Shown piece by piece: positions 1-14,300 of a DNA stretch of 64,000 nt. Origin of the DNA: Strigamia acuminata. Taxonomy: Eukaryota. The first letter of the stretch is position 1; each line of letters begins with the position of its first letter. The stretch covers positions 2,728,001-2,792,000 of the forward strand of contig OX442314.1 in assembly GCA_949358305.1 (NCBI GenBank). Direction: 5' to 3'. The position numbers were made by a program, and so were the translations under genes. The notes under the pieces were generated by a model. It ran no database searches. It worked only from the letters and a program-made list of their open reading frames with translations, and was not told the DNA's origin.

Positions 1-1
1 C

Positions 2-1711
2 CCGGCCGATCTCGTCACTCGAGGACAGTCCACGAGCGGATTAAAACAAAATGCAATCTGGTGGCATGGACCAGAATGGTTAACATCAATTGAAGAAAAA
101 TGGCCAAAATGGGATAAACAAATCACAGGCCTACAAATTTTAAAAAAGGAAGCGAAAAAGAACACTCAACCGCTAATTGTGACGGAATCTCACAAATCGG
201 AGCCGGTTGATGCAAAACGAATCAACAACTATGGAAAAATCGTACGAATCACAGCATGGATGCTACGTTTTATTAATGGATGCAAAATGAGACGCCCTGA
301 GAAACAGGAACTTACAGCAACCGAGCAACACGCCGCAGAGAAGGTTTGGATAAGGCATATCCAACACACGTATTACGATGCAGAAATACAAATGCTAAAA
401 GCGGGAAAGAAGCTCTCACCCAATTCAAAAATAAAAAACTTTCATCCATTTCTCGACAATGAAAACATCCTTCGGATTGGCGGACGACTGCAGTTCGCAG
501 ATGCAACACAGCATGAAAAGCATCCGATGATTCTACATGGAGATGACCATTTCGTGAAACTACTTGTGAAGCAAACACATGAGAAATTATATCACCTCGG
601 AATAAGGTCGGTATTGGCCGAAATACGAAGCTACTATTGGATACAGCGAGCACGTCACACGATCAAGTCGGTAATCAAGGATTGCTTTGTCTGCAAAAAG
701 ATGACATGCAAACACGGAAGCGAAATTGAGGCGCCCCTACCGGCAGATCGATTATGGGAATCATCCCCATTCACCGTCACAGGCGTTGATTTTGCTGGCC
801 CGCTATATGTCAAAATGTCGGAGACGACTTCAGCAAAGTCTTACATCGCACTATTTACATGTGCAACAACAAGAGCGATACACTTAGAACTGGTTTCAAA
901 CCTTACGCAGGAAAGATTTCTCTTGGCCCTACAACGATTCTTCAACAGACGCGGGATAAGTACGGTAATCTACTCCGACAATGCCCGCACGTTCAAGGCA
1001 ACGGACAAACTACTTCAAGCCATTTGGAAAAACATAAAAGCACCACCGACTTCCCAATACCTGGCACAGACTGGAGTCGAATGGAAATTTATTGCAGAAC
1101 GCGCGGCATGGTGGGGAGGATGGTGGGAGAGAATGGTACAGACAACGAAGAGATGTCTACGGAAAACTCTAGGAAAAACAAGACTAGACAGTGAAGAACT
1201 CATGTCAACACTCACGGGTGTCGAGGCGGCGATTAACAGCAGGCCAATCACATATGACTATAATGACCCCCAAGACGAGGAACCACTCACACCGGCACAC
1301 TTCCTAACTGGGAAAAGACTTACAACAATACCAACTTCAAGTAAATTACCTGATATGAAGACCAATGTCATCAAGTTATGGCATCAGAAACAGCACATTT
1401 TGGGGTCCTTCTGGCGACGATGGCGCAAGGAATATCTACTAGACTTGTCTTCATTCCACCAGAGAAAACAACCCAAACCGGGACCATTGGTTGAGGTTGG
1501 AGAAATTGTACTGATTTCTAACGAAAATTGCCCACGTCATTTGTGGAAAACAGGAAGAATTACAGCAATCATCGAAGGAAGAGATGGGAAGATTAGATCA
1601 TGCACGATCAAAACAACAACAGGTCAAGAGATACGCAGACCCATACAACTCATCCACCCATTAGAATTGAACTTGCGTCAAGATGGGGAGTGTGAGGGAA
1701 TGCAGAATTGA
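2..1711 (+). CDS. BEL/Pao LTR retrotransposon pol, 3' part (end of RNase H, integrase); 5'-truncated by the window edge
   Basis: Frame is open from base 2: PADLVTRG...WWHGPEWL. It contains the integrase zinc motif (H..LYHLG...CFVC), the DDE core (GVDFAGP, SDNARTF, WWGGWWERMV) and the BEL-type C-terminus (LTPAHFL, FWRRWRKEYL, GRDGKIRS, RRPIQLIHPLE). Confidence 0.95.
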   Translation, partial: PADLVTRGQSTSGLKQNAIWWHGPEWLTSIEEKWPKWDKQITGLQILKKEAKKNTQPLIVTESHKSEPVDAKRINNYGKIVRITAWMLRFINGCKMRRPEKQELTATEQHAAEKVWIRHIQHTYYDAEIQMLKAGKKLSPNSKIKNFHPFLDNENILRIGGRLQFADATQHEKHPMILHGDDHFVKLLVKQTHEKLYHLGIRSVLAEIRSYYWIQRARHTIKSVIKDCFVCKKMTCKHGSEIEAPLPADRLWESSPFTVTGVDFAGPLYVKMSETTSAKSYIALFTCATTRAIHLELVSNLTQERFLLALQRFFNRRGISTVIYSDNARTFKATDKLLQAIWKNIKAPPTSQYLAQTGVEWKFIAERAAWWGGWWERMVQTTKRCLRKTLGKTRLDSEELMSTLTGVEAAINSRPITYDYNDPQDEEPLTPAHFLTGKRLTTIPTSSKLPDMKTNVIKLWHQKQHILGSFWRRWRKEYLLDLSSFHQRKQPKPGPLVEVGEIVLISNENCPRHLWKTGRITAIIEGRDGKIRSCTIKTTTGQEIRRPIQLIHPLELNLRQDGECEGMQN

Positions 1712-1949
1712 AGATTATTATTATCATTAGTCATTAGTTTGATATTTGTAGTTTTAATTATTGTATTCTTTGCCAATAGTTGGCGCCATGTACCCACAGT
1801 TCAGATTTGTTTATGTTTATGTTTGACTCAAGTTCAGGTTTGGGCTTGACTCAAGTTTTAGTTTTAGTTTTGGTTTTGCCTTAAAATGTAGAAGATGTAG
1901 AATAAATCAGCTCCAAAAACAAGTGGGTTTTGCTTTGTAACACTCAACA
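1691..1949 (+). repeat. Probable 3' LTR of the BEL/Pao element
   Basis: A purine tract AGATGGGGAG (1681-1690) is followed by TGT. AATAAA lies at 1901 and a candidate ...CAACA end at about 1949. Homology to host-derived sequence resumes at about 1975. The right end is approximate. Confidence 0.65.
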
Positions 1950-2624
1950 CAATAAACCCGATTACTTGAAATCAACTTCAACAATAAATGGACAGGACCT
2001 TTAGTTTGAGCAAAAAATGAAGCCAGAATGTTGAGATGCGCTCAACTAAACCTCTTGAGTGCTTATTTATTGGGTTTGTGTGTGCGCCGCCGGGTGTGGG
2101 TTTGTTGTGACATTGTTTACCGTGCCTCACATCGCACTTTCTCGTTCGTGCACGATTTAATGCATTTCTATTACGTTTTAAAGGTATCAAAGTTTCTAAA
2201 TACTTGAAAAATAGTAGCAGATTTGCAGATGATGGTTGCAGGCAGATACTAATCTGTGGTTTTGTTTTGACTGCGTTTTATTTATATATTTTCCAGGTTA
2301 TAAACGTATGGTGCAACTGTGCTCGGGCGACGGACGTTAGGCCTAACTGATGAATTCCACTCGACTGCGATTCTTCTCTTCCAGGGCTCCTTTCAACTGA
2401 ATTCTTTGTGATCAGGGATCTCTACTGACCTCACAAAGTTAAAATCAGGTACAGGTTTGTAAAGTAATTAACTATTTTTTTTTGAGTGGAGAAAAGCGAG
2501 TAGATTGATCAGAAGAGTAGCGCGGTCAGGGGAACAAATTAAAAAATTAATTTTTTTTCCAAATTTTAGAAGAAGTTTATTTCAGCGTCATCGGGAGTCA
2601 TCTGCTAACACCTGAAAGTCAAAA

Positions 2625-3481
2625 ATGGAAAGAAAACTTCAAAAATACAGTTGCAATTTGTGCGACTATTCATGTTCATATTATTGTCTTTTGAAACATC
2701 ACATGCTCAAACACACTGGTGAAAAGCCTTTCAAATGTCAAACATGTTCACTTTCCTTTCGGCTTAAACAATGCATGATTGTCCATATGAGAATTCATAC
2801 TGGAGAAAAACCATTCGAGTGCCATTTATGTGATTATTGCAGCAGTGGAAGTGGAACTCTAAAAAGACATTTATTAACCCATACTGGAGAAAAACCATTC
2901 AAGTGCCATTTGTGTGATTATTCCAGCAGTGGAAGTTGAAATTTAAAGAGACATTTATTAATCCATGCTGGAGAAAAACCATTCAAGTGCCATTTGTGTG
3001 CTTATTGTTCCAGTCGTAGTGAACATTTAAAAGGACATCTATTACTGTAACCCATACTGGAGAAAAACCATTCAAGTGCCATTTGTGTAATTATTCCTGT
3101 ATTGGAAGTGGGGATTTAAGAAAACATTTATTATCCCATACGGGAGAAAAACCATTCAAGTGCCATTTGTGTGATTTTTCTTGTACTACAAGTAGTTATT
3201 TAAAAAAGCATTTGTTAACCCACAGTGGAGAAAAACCATTCAATTGCCATTTGTGTGCTTATACCAGCAGTCAAATTGGAACTTTAAAGAGACATTTATT
3301 AACCCATACGGGAGAAAAACCATTCAAATGCCATTTATGTGATTATTGCAGCAGTGAAAGTGGAACATTAAAAAGACATTTGTTAACCCATAGTGGAGAA
3401 AAACCATTCAAGTGCCATTTGTGTGCTTATTCTAGTAGTCGAAATGATAAGTTTAAAAAACATTTAACAAAGCACAAATAG
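2625..3481 (+). pseudogene. Tandem C2H2 zinc-finger gene (about 10 fingers, TGEKP linkers), disabled
   Basis: Repeated CxxC...HxxxH-TGEKPF units. There is an in-frame TGA at 2937-2939 and a small insertion/frameshift near 3045-3050. Confidence 0.85.
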
Positions 3482-4517
3482 TAAAAATCACATTGTTCAT
3501 TAAGACCATAATTCTGTTATTCTAATTTTATTTCAAATGACATTTTGTTTTTGTTTTTAATTCAAAATTTTGCCTCAATTTGTTTAATCCACAAATCAAA
3601 ACCTCTGCTTGCTGTGTTTGTATATTTTTCTCGTTTCATTTCCAATTTTTTATGGTAAGCGATACACGAAAAACTCGTGCTTTATCTTGCAATGGAAATG
3701 GGAATTTGAAAATTGTTTTAAAAATTCATACCGGAGAAAAACCATGTAATTGGCATTAACCAACACTAGAGAAAACAATTCAAGTGCTATTTGTGTGCAT
3801 ATTCCTGTATTCATAAATTCAAAACGGTTTAATTTTTTGTTTTTATTTGTGATTTAATGCATTTCAATTTGATTTTTAAAAATAACTATTATATAAATAT
3901 TTTTTATCAGATTTTCTTTCAACCAGGTCGAAAATATTCCTGGTTGAATGGAATCCTGCTTACCATGAATACGTGTTATTATTTCTGCATTTAATTATTT
4001 ATTTATGCGTTGAAAGTTCTGTATTTGAAATTGCATTTTGTGTTCAACTCAAATTTAAGAAAACTGAAACTTGTTTTAATTTGTTTCATCCACGAAACAA
4101 AATCTGCCGTTCCCGTATATTTTTCTCATTTCATTTCTAATGTATTATTTCTTCCCAACACTTGCAAAAAATAAAAATAACAACTGTTTTTTTTTTATAA
4201 TTTTATTTCAAATGACATTTTGTTTTTCTTTTTAACTCAAAATTTTGCTTCATTTTCTTTCATCCACACTTGCTGTGTTTGTATATTTTTCTCGTTTCAT
4301 TTCTAATATTTTATGGTGAGTGACACAATCGAAATGGGAATTTTAAAATTTATTTAAAAATTCATACCGAGGGAGTGCGTGGTTTTGTTGAATTTTGGAA
4401 AGGAGTTGCTTGATCCTATCGAGGAGAATACGACTATGGTATGTTGTAGACTTTGGCTAGGAAGATTGAAAAGCGGGTTTATGGAGTGCAGAATACGAGG
4501 GATGCTACTATGGATTC

Positions 4518-5069
4518 TTGCTGAAAAATGTATTTTTTTACTGAAAAATGTATTTTTTTGTTGCAAAATTTATTTTTTTTGCTGCAAAATTTATTTTTTT
4601 TGCTGCAAAATTTATTTTTTTTGCTGCAAAATTTATTTTTTTTGCTGCAAAATTTATTTTTTTTGCTGCAAAATTTATTTTTTTTGCTGCAAAATGTATT
4701 TTTTTTGTTGCAAAATGTATTTTTTTGCTGCAAAATGTATTTTTTTGCTGCAAAATGTATTTTTTTGCTGCAAAATGTATTTTTTTGCTGCAAAATGTAT
4801 TTTTTTGCTGAAAAATGTATTTTCTTGCTGAAAAATGTATTTTCTTTGCTGAAAAATGTATTTTTTTTGCTGAAAAATGTATTTTTTCTGCTGAAAAATG
4901 TATTTTTTTTGCTGAAAAATGTATTTTTTTTGCTGAAAAATGTATTTTTTTTGCTGAAAAATGTATTTTTTTTGCTGAAAAATGTATTTTTTTTGCTGAA
5001 AAATGTATTTTTTTTGCTGAAAAATGTATTTTTTTTGCTGAAAAATGTATTTTTTTTGCTGAAAAATGT
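4518..5069. repeat. ~21-bp minisatellite (GCTG[A/C]AAAAT[G/T]TAT(T)n)
   Basis: About 25 directly visible tandem units with a variable poly-T tract. They account for the spurious repetitive ORFs in this interval. Confidence 0.95.
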
Positions 5070-5349
5070 TTTTTATTTTTATTTTTATAAAATGTATGCA
5101 CGTCGTTTCTCAACACCAGCGCTTTCTGTCGTTCGTAATTAGCGACGCTAATAACCCAAAAATATTATTCGGATCACTGTACAATATTGCCCTGTGCAAT
5201 TAAAATTCTCCTAAAATCTTTCGAATCTCAGAAAAACTTGAAAAATATTAATTTCCGACAAGTTGATTTAGATTGTGTGGTGACATCTCGCGGCGAGTAT
5301 TGTAGATGAGTAATGGCGGCCAAAGGGACAGGCATGTGCGACTAAAGAA

Positions 5350-5418
5350 ATAAGCGTGAAGCGACCGAGTGTTAAAGAAACGGATGAAGATTTGTTGGCA
5401 GAACAAGAGAAATTTCTG
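5350..5418 (+). pseudogene. Possible fragment of an RPAP1-like N-terminus
   Basis: Translates as ISVKRPSVKETDEDLLAEQEKFL, which resembles my recollection of the RP..gEtE.DLL..Q..FL start of RPAP1. It is short and flanked by stops. Confidence 0.35.
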
Positions 5419-6919
5419 ACTATGGTAGTCGTTTGGTTGCGTTGGCGAGTATTGATAAGAAGAAAATCGAAGAAACGAAAGCAAGTTTGACCAAAATCAA
5501 CGATAATGGCTATAAAATAGGTTAGTTTTGAATATTTCCTCGGTTTGATCATGTTCTTTAAAATAATTTTTATGTTATTAATTTTATTAGGCAACGACGA
5601 TAACATGAGGGTTTCCCGTCGTGCCAAAACTGACAAAAGCACAGGTGAATTTTAATTTTAAACCTCCAAAACATCCTTTTTCGTATTCCAGTAGTGTTAT
5701 GAATGCAAGTTTCTAGTTCATCTCAGAACTAACCCGGGTTGAAAACGTAATTCGTATTCACAACTAAACTGGAATCGGTATTTTTGTATCCATCTTGTTT
5801 ACAGTTTATAAATTATTTTAGTCGCAATGTTCGTCCAAAAGAATCTTGTTTGCTACGCAACTCGCAAATAAGAAACAAAAAGTCAACCTGATGAAAGAAA
5901 ATGAATCCCCAAATATAGAAAACAAGTTTGGTAATAAATTAATTATTTTCGCACCGATAAAATAATAATATTAGAAAAATTGTATTTTATTTTTACAGGC
6001 GAAGAGAGTTTCGTTGAGGAAAATCTTACACTGGCTAAACCAATACACGAATCGAAAAATAAAGGGCTGATAGAAATCCGCCTCTGCAGACATTGGTCAG
6101 TTTATCGCAGAGTTGAGGAGGAGGAGCCCGAATGGATTGAAGAGAGGCAGCGGGTGGAGGAGGAGGAGCGCCGCAAACACGAGCAGATGGTGGAGGAGGA
6201 GCGCAAGATGAAGGAAGCAGCCGAGTTGCAGACAAAAAGTAAATTAAAAAAATGATTTTTATGAGTGATTTTGAGTTTTTTAGGGATTTTGAGTTGATTA
6301 TTGACAATTTTTTATTTAATTTAGAGTAATATTTGGTGTTTTTTTTGTGATTTTGAGTTAATTTGTGGTGATTTAAATCACCACAAATTTTATTGGAATG
6401 TAACAGGTGTGGATTCACCACACACATTCCTTTGTCTAATCTCTTGCTTGGAATATTCAACCTCTCTTTTTGATCTACATTCCAAAAAAAGGGGTGTCAA
6501 CTAAAAAATGGTGTTGACTAATTGGATTGGAAGTGTTACAGGATTGGTCTGGACTGCCTAAGATAATCTAAATCTTTTCCTTCCAGATTCTGTCATGTGA
6601 TACTTGTCTATATAAATCCTTGCAAAGCTGAAAAACACACAGTCCAACACCAACCACACCATCAACAGCATCGAAGCCTCACCGATCAAGCCGCCGTATT
6701 TTACATACCGGAGTGACCGAGGCAGATGCAAGTTGAGACAAACAGTTGTTGGAAAACACCAAATATCATACAAATTCTCATCCACTAATCTTCAGGTCGT
6801 CTCCTCCTTTAGCTGCTTGTAGTGAATTACTATTTTGTAATTACTGTACAGTTCAAAGACTTGAATTGTAAATTTTATTAGTATGTGGGTAGGGTGTTTC
6901 TTCCTTTTTTTCTTTTTTT

Positions 6920-7173
6920 GGATATAGTTTACTTTAGTGACACCCGTTATAGCGATGCCGTTTTTCAACCTAAACTAACACAAACTAACCTATACTAACC
7001 TGAACTAACCTATACTAACCTATACTAACCTGAACTAACCTATACTAACCTATACTAATTACTAATCAACATAAAGTAACCTATACTAACATAAACTAAC
7101 GAACTAACCTAACTGCATCTAAGCACTTTACAGCTGTGTCACTTAAACAGGCGTCGCTAAAGTGAACTAATCC
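6920..7173. mobile_element. MITE-like element with a (CTAACCTATA)n core, copy A
   Basis: Imperfect TIRs GGATATAGTTTACTTTAGTGACACC and GGCGTCGCTAAAGTGAACTAATCC. Related copies are at 32100-32412 and 46063-46259. Confidence 0.6.
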
Positions 7174-10100
7174 GAAAAGAATAAATGTAGAAAATGCATG
7201 CCCTTCTTTGCTCTGCCGTCCTTCCTTCTCAGTTATCTACATTTGTTAACTTCAATGATAGCAACATTAGCATCAATTGCAACATTTGCCTTTCAATGTC
7301 CATGGGTGACTTCTTTGAAGCCTTTTCTGGTTTTTCTAAAAAAATTGTTGTTCAAAATGTGCTCGTAATTATTTGTGCGAGAAATTCTAGTACGATAGCT
7401 TTTTGAAGTGTTCCAACTGTGAATTAAATTCGTGCCTTTGATGAGCAACTCTCAACAGCACGTGACTTCTGCATTCTAAACCGCATAAAAATTTATTTAT
7501 TTAGGGTACATTTTTTTAGAGGATTGCTACTTATTACACACAACTATACCAAATACGTGTATAACGGCATTATCCACAGATTCGGTCGTTTCGAATAGTC
7601 TGTCCCTAAACTTCATCTTATGTGAACCCGATGACGATGAATGATACCATGTTACCATGTTTCCTTAAATACGAGTCACAAGAATGATATTCCACGATTA
7701 AGAATTCTCTTCTCTCTCCTATCTGCCTATCTATTTTACTCCTTCTTCTCTAATTATATAACCTTGCGCACCTTCCAAATATAGAATGTTTTTCTCGTTT
7801 GAATTTGTTGTGTTGTAGCACTAGCACTAAATATACTAAAATCACATTTAACACTTAGTTCGAAAGTTGTACAATTTGTTTTCAAGCTTTCTTCTGTCTC
7901 GATACATTCTTTTCTTGTGCAATTTACTGTAGAAAAGTAGTCAGTGTGGTATTTTCTTCTACCTCTATTCTCTATCTATCTATCTCTTACTAAGCCCAAT
8001 ATAGGCTTTTGATTTTGATTCTGTTGCTAACAACTTGACATTGTATCTTCAAGGTGAAACAAAATAAAACAACATGTCCATTGTAGTATCAAATCCTAGA
8101 ATGTAGGGGTGTATGGTATTTCGTAGATAATTCTACCGCCCAAATAGTTAAACCCTTTAGCCAGGTTGGCCATTGTAGTCGCTGCCAGCGGATTGGTTGC
8201 GGCCAAACTTTGTGAGCCTACAAGTGCTGGAAAATCTCCACTGTAGTTTTAGCTTTCGGCTCTTTACTTCTCTCTTGCATTTGTTTGACCTCGAATAAGT
8301 TAAATAAAAAACCACGAACGGTTTGTATTTGAGACTCCAATTGTTAATTCTCGCGTGTGTTTTTTTCTCCAACTCTTTCCTAATTCACTCGATGCATACA
8401 GAATAGACCTACGTTCTGTCTCCAGACACGGAATTTTTGCATGAAAAAGGAACTGACGTGCAAACCAACATGCACGCGTCGACTTTACGCCGCGGATTCG
8501 GCTTACGTGTCAGCAGGAGGACGGAAAGACTCTTTCATTACGTATCTGTGGCCATGGTGCCAGAGACTGAACCTCTCCTTGCTCTTAATCAAATGATCTG
8601 AACTCAACTTGTATACTAAAATCTTATTCTTTATTCTTAAAAAAAGTTGTTTTAATTCTAGATTGTGGGTTTGAAGGTTTTTCTGCCAAACTAAATTGCA
8701 TTTGTCTTTAAAGATTTTATGTTTTTTACTGAAGGAAACTGGATTAATGAAATATTATTATCAATGATTTGATTTTTTTTCGTTCAAATAAAGTGTTTGC
8801 TCACTTTTTTGTGGAGTGCAGACCAAGCTTGATGTTGTTCAATATCACTTTTATTGCGAACCGAATAAGCCGTTTCCATGTGCCTTCTTGAGATTTATAG
8901 CTGTTCTTTTTTGCCATTTCTGGTGGTTGATTTTTTTTTTAGAAAAAATATTAAATAAGTTAAATATATTAAATAAATTACGGGGTAGGAGTAGTTTACC
9001 CTGCTAGACGCGATGTATTTTCAACTGCATAGCTCCACTTCATAACAAAAATTAGCATTTATCTCTGGGGATGAGAGGGACAAATGATGCATTCTTCTGC
9101 ACGTTTAAAATCGCGATTATTCTTTATTTTTAACGGAATTTAATCCAAAAAAATTGGAACATATCGACAGATGTTTGTAGAATACCCGGTGATAAAAAAT
9201 TTCCTCGTACAGTATCGCTTTTAATTTATTTGTTTCACCCGTTTTTTGTCTAGTGCCGTCCGACCAGACTTGACCATGACGGTAGAGTTCGAGATTTGGA
9301 GCCTGAGTCGACCATAGGTGACATTTCGCCAAAAGAGATGAAAAGAGGTGAATTTTAATTTTTAATTTTTAATTTTTTAATTTTATTTATTTTTCTTTGA
9401 TGGTTTGAAAAATTGATTTAAACTTGTCCGACACTAACTTGTAAGTTGCAGAGTCACTCTGGTGGGAATAATTATTATTAACAGTGGAGAATGACGCAAT
9501 TTGTTGACGTTGATTGCAACAAATAGAGATGCTTCTCCTTCACTTAGCAACGGCACGTGTCTGTGTTCTTCATTCCATTTCTGCTTTGTCGTTTGCTTTT
9601 CGGTTCGATCGATGTTTTTCGGTGTTTCCATTCGTTTTCGAGACGATAATGATGCAAAACCAAAGGATTAGGGTTGAATTTTTATCTGACGGTTTGATTT
9701 TAGTGAATATTTTGTCTCTGATGGAATTTAATGTCTCTTTCTCTTTCTTTTTCCGCTGATGTGGTATCGCGAGTTTCTATTCTATTTTTGACCAAAATGG
9801 CATTTGTTTTTGTTTATTTGGTTTGTCTGCTTGCCTGACAAAAGAATTGGATCAAGATTTGATTTTGAGTCGCTGGTTCGATTTTCGTTAATAATTCTCA
9901 GAACGTGTAGGAATTGCATTAGGGTTAGCATTTAGTGTTAGTAGCTGTGTAATTCATTTATTCTGGTGTTGTAAGTCTGCATTTCCGATATATAGGATTG
10001 TAGCATTCACCCGTTTGATTTAGTGTGATAAACATGATGCATTCAATGCGTGTTTGTCACTCCCGAATTGTGCTGATGCACTGTAGCATTTGAGATTTGC

Positions 10101-13100
10101 ATTAAGAATTTAATTTCTTACTATTTTGCCATTTTGAATTCAGCAGCTTTTCACTAAAGACACAAAATACAAATAGAAGAGAATTGAATCACACCTGCTT
10201 GTTTTCTGTTTGTTTTGATTCAAGTTCCTGATGTGATGCCCACTCAACTGCATCCTTAAATGGTCTCCTTTTAACTCTGGCTTGAACTTCAAAATTCAAA
10301 GGTTTTCTGAGTTTCCTTAGCTAAAGTTTTCTCCTTTTCCTGTAAAACTGCTAAAACTTGTCAGAGTGCCTCTGCAGTTTTCTCATGACCAAAACGGCCA
10401 CGAAGTAACTTTTGAAATTCTACACGCACTACACAAAAAACCATCTCTATCCTCAATTTTTGAATGTGGAAATAACTTTAGGTTATTATTATTGCTTCTC
10501 AAGAATGGTGCATTTTTTTTACTTTTCCTCGCCAAATCGGTTCTATGCCCTTCTGCATTGGTCTTTTATGCCCTGCAACATTGTGAGCGATCCTTTGAAA
10601 TGTTTCGAAAGGTTTAAAATGTTGCGGCTTGTTTACTGTCCGGGACAATTACTAGATACAATTATCTACGTGGTGGTTAGGTATTAATTTATTGGGAGAA
10701 ATTCTGATGGTCCTACCTTTCTGAAGAGTTAAACATGCAATGGAAACTTTTATATATTGTAAGATATTGTTCCAACACTTTCTTTTATCAAAATTCAACA
10801 TTTCAAATTGTATTCACTATTAAACTATTTTTAAAAAGCGTCTAAAATAAGGCATCGAATTGTCACGGACACGCTGTTGCCCAGCATTCTCTGGAGGAGC
10901 GAGGACGTGTTTGGTCAATGACTTTTTGTTTGAACGTGGCTGGCTTCTTTGAAGCCTTCCTTGGTCGAAGCCTCTCCCGGCGGAATTCCTTTCACTTTCA
11001 TTTTATAAGAAAAAACATTGTTTCTAAAAAAAATTCTGTTTTGTTAGATGAAATATATGAGACAGTAGTACTTCCTCGTCTACATTTATATTGTCCACTA
11101 AAGCATCTTTGTGCTAAGCAAGAAGAAAATAAAGAAAAAAAACTAGAGGTGATCCTCAATCTAATAACAAACATAAGTATTACTTTAATTTGCTTTAATT
11201 TTCTTGGTGGTGCTTTTCTTGGTCGTGCCTTTTTTTAATTTTGACCCTCTGAACTTTTTTTCGTTGGTAAATTGATAATTTTGGGTGATTGATCCAAAAG
11301 AAATATATACGAGGACGGATATACCCTTCATCAAATAGCTTCAATCCGATAATCTTGTCCCACTTTTGTATATGGCCACTAAATATTATAAAAAAAAAAT
11401 TTAAATTTGTTCGCCAGATTTGTTGGTTCTACTATTGCCTTTCTAATACAAAACCCCAATGCTGGACTGGCCAAGTGGGATACCGGGAATAACCCGGTGG
11501 CAGGTGACGACGTGCAATTATATTTCATACCCTATGGCTTGGTATAAATTTGTTCTCGTGGCCCGACCTCTCGATTTATTGCGGTTGTGGCTGGTAGAAG
11601 TTTTGTACGATGGATCCGTTTATGTTGATGTTGATTGCAGGGTTAACAACAGGAGTAACGGTAGGAGGGTTACAATTGTGCGTTAACAAATAGACAACGG
11701 TGATGATAGTCAATGCACATATTATATATTTCGCCAACCGTTCAAACCATTTCATTACAAAATACAAAAACATTTGGGCTTAACCCGAATATAGTCTTCT
11801 TAATCGGGGTTTCTTTACAAATATGAGGGCCGTCACTATCTTGCTGAGACTTGTGTTTGTGCGAATTTATGGTTGGGTCATTGCCTTTTGGTGCCATGCA
11901 TATTACATACTGTACTCTAAATTTTACATTACGTAAATGATCAGACTCAGTGCAAGGGGTTTGGAATATGTTCAGCACCCATCTTGGATCATGTAGTGGG
12001 TTTCCATAAATATATTCTAAGTGTGAATGCTTTCCAACCTTGCTCATCCTAATTAATCCCATTTGAAGTGGCTGAGTTGATTCTCTCTCATAGAATCAAT
12101 CCACGGTGAAGTGGTCTGCTGAAGAATAATTTATTTATTTATTATTTTATTATAATTCCTGTTGTCATGGCTTCCTGCCATGTTTCTGGAGCTGCTTTGT
12201 CCAGAATCAATCGCAGAAATAGAACTAAACTATTCCCGAAAAGAAATGTTGCACAAATGAACAGAAATGAACAGAATTTTAAAGAAATGTTGCCTTATTA
12301 CGGTGACATGACCATTCTAGTGTATTTATGATTTCTCGATTTATAAATCCAGCAATAATGCAAGATAGCGTGTACACAACTGTGTTATGCTATGTTCTTT
12401 CATATTTTCTTCAAACTCTTGCAAATAATTCCTACGGAAATAATCACATATAAATGATGAATATATCGAATCAATTATTGCTTGCAGCATTATTCACGTG
12501 TCTATTGCTTGACTTGTTTGAAGTAATGGCACCCGAACCTTGATTTCAAGCTCAAGAATGCTGCTTTATTTTTACTTTTGATTTTGATTCTGTTGTCTTC
12601 TTTGAGAAGGTTTAGAAAGTTTATGAGTGTCTACTCTACTGATTTTGAGTTTCAACTGATTTATTTGAGCGGTTGTCGGGGAGGAGTCCTGACAATCACT
12701 TAATTGTGTACATATGGTATAGGAAGGTGCAAAAGGCACCTTATCCATAAGGCCAACGTTTGTTATGTTTCTTAAAACAAAAATTAACATTTTTGATATT
12801 TTTCTAAACAGAAATTAATTATGCCTCTAATCCAATCTGTATTTTTCCAATGTTTACTCTTTAGTTTGAATTGATCTTACTTGTTAGATAAAAACATTAC
12901 TTTGCTCTATCCCCTATTCAAAAATCAGGTTTGAGATCCGTGTTCCAAATGACAAGCAAAAAGATATTGGTGTCCTCTGTGTTGGTAAAATACCTGTACG
13001 GTACTGGGAGTCACCGGACTTTGATATGTAGGCATGCAGCTTTGATTGCTCAAACTAGTTGTTTGCACATTTGCCGCTTTTTCAAATTCCAATTTAATTA

Positions 13101-14300
13101 ATTAATGATTAATTTCTTACCAAAGCCAGAACCAAAATCTTTTTGGTCATCTTAGCCATAGTGGCTGATTACCGAACTTAATGCGTTCATATGGGTAATG
13201 GTCCGAAATTGCCCTATCGACATAAATGGTTGGTATGTTATAAAATCATATTCTTTCCAACTGCTTAATGACTTGCTTAACCGAACAATCATTAAACTGA
13301 GAAATAAATTTTTAAGTGTTATAAATCACAACTATTATTACTACTATATGGAGAACTAGGCCGAGTAAATCGATCGTAAATTTGTACGAACAAATCGAAA
13401 ATTCTAATATCGGCCACGACGGCCACATCGTAAATCCTTAGAAGGTGAGAAGGTATAAAAAAAATATAGAAGAAACTGCATAATCGCTTCAACAACAATG
13501 CTCAACTTACGTTTGAATCGAATTTTCTTGCAAATTAACAGATGGATCCCATTCGGAAACTCTAACTCGATTCAATCGAGGCTCGGAAATAAGCTTAGGT
13601 GATCAATTCCATTTTTCTGCAAAAATTCTCCTTAAAGTCAGAATTGTAGTGGCGGAAATTTCTTTCGATGAGATTTTATTCTTTTCTTTCAATGCTTCAC
13701 GGTTGTCAGTCTGGGGTACTTTTAGTAAGACCTCATAACAGCATTTGAAAAATAATGCTGGCTTAAAGAGTCATCTATCTCTGGGCTAAATTCTAAAATA
13801 CAGTGCTGCATTTAAAATATAAATCAATATTACTAACTTTATTTAGTTTTTTATTAATTATTTGAAAAATACCTTTAAACGATTTGATTTTATAATGACT
13901 GTTCAAATCTCTAGCGTGTTTTAACACCTCATCTTGTTTTTTGACAAATCGATAAACTTCCAATACTGCTTTGGTGTCCACTTGTACATTTTCAACTATT
14001 GGCATTTCACTAAACAAAAATTCACGACATTCTCCCGATGTGAATTGTGTCCTGTTGTCGCCTTTTAAGGTCAAATCGCAAAAAAATATCACTTAAATTC
14101 AATTCAAAAAACAATAAACAACTCCACTCGATCGCTTAACTTGAATCAGTGGTGTTCTCTGAAATTAAATTAAATACATAATAAAATTGTGGGGCTTTTA
14201 TACTTAACAGTTCATTAATAATTTGCAATTTTAGCGTGCCATAAATTCCTCGTAAAGTCATAACTGCGTCTTGCTGGACGTATGGAATAAAATGCCCATT

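Noticed and set aside
4379..5142. Long repetitive ORFs (FFCCKIY / LLKNVFF / AKKIHFS)
   Set aside because: They are translations of a 21-bp minisatellite that is open in many frames.
5980..6255. E/R-rich exon-like ORF
   Set aside because: It is low complexity and I could not assign a family.
6970..7115. CTAACC-rich arrays as interstitial telomeres (also about 32280, 34640 and 46110)
   Set aside because: The units are mostly 10-bp CTAACCTATA-type or irregular, and in three cases lie inside TIR-bounded elements; they are not clean (TTAGG)n or (TTAGGG)n.
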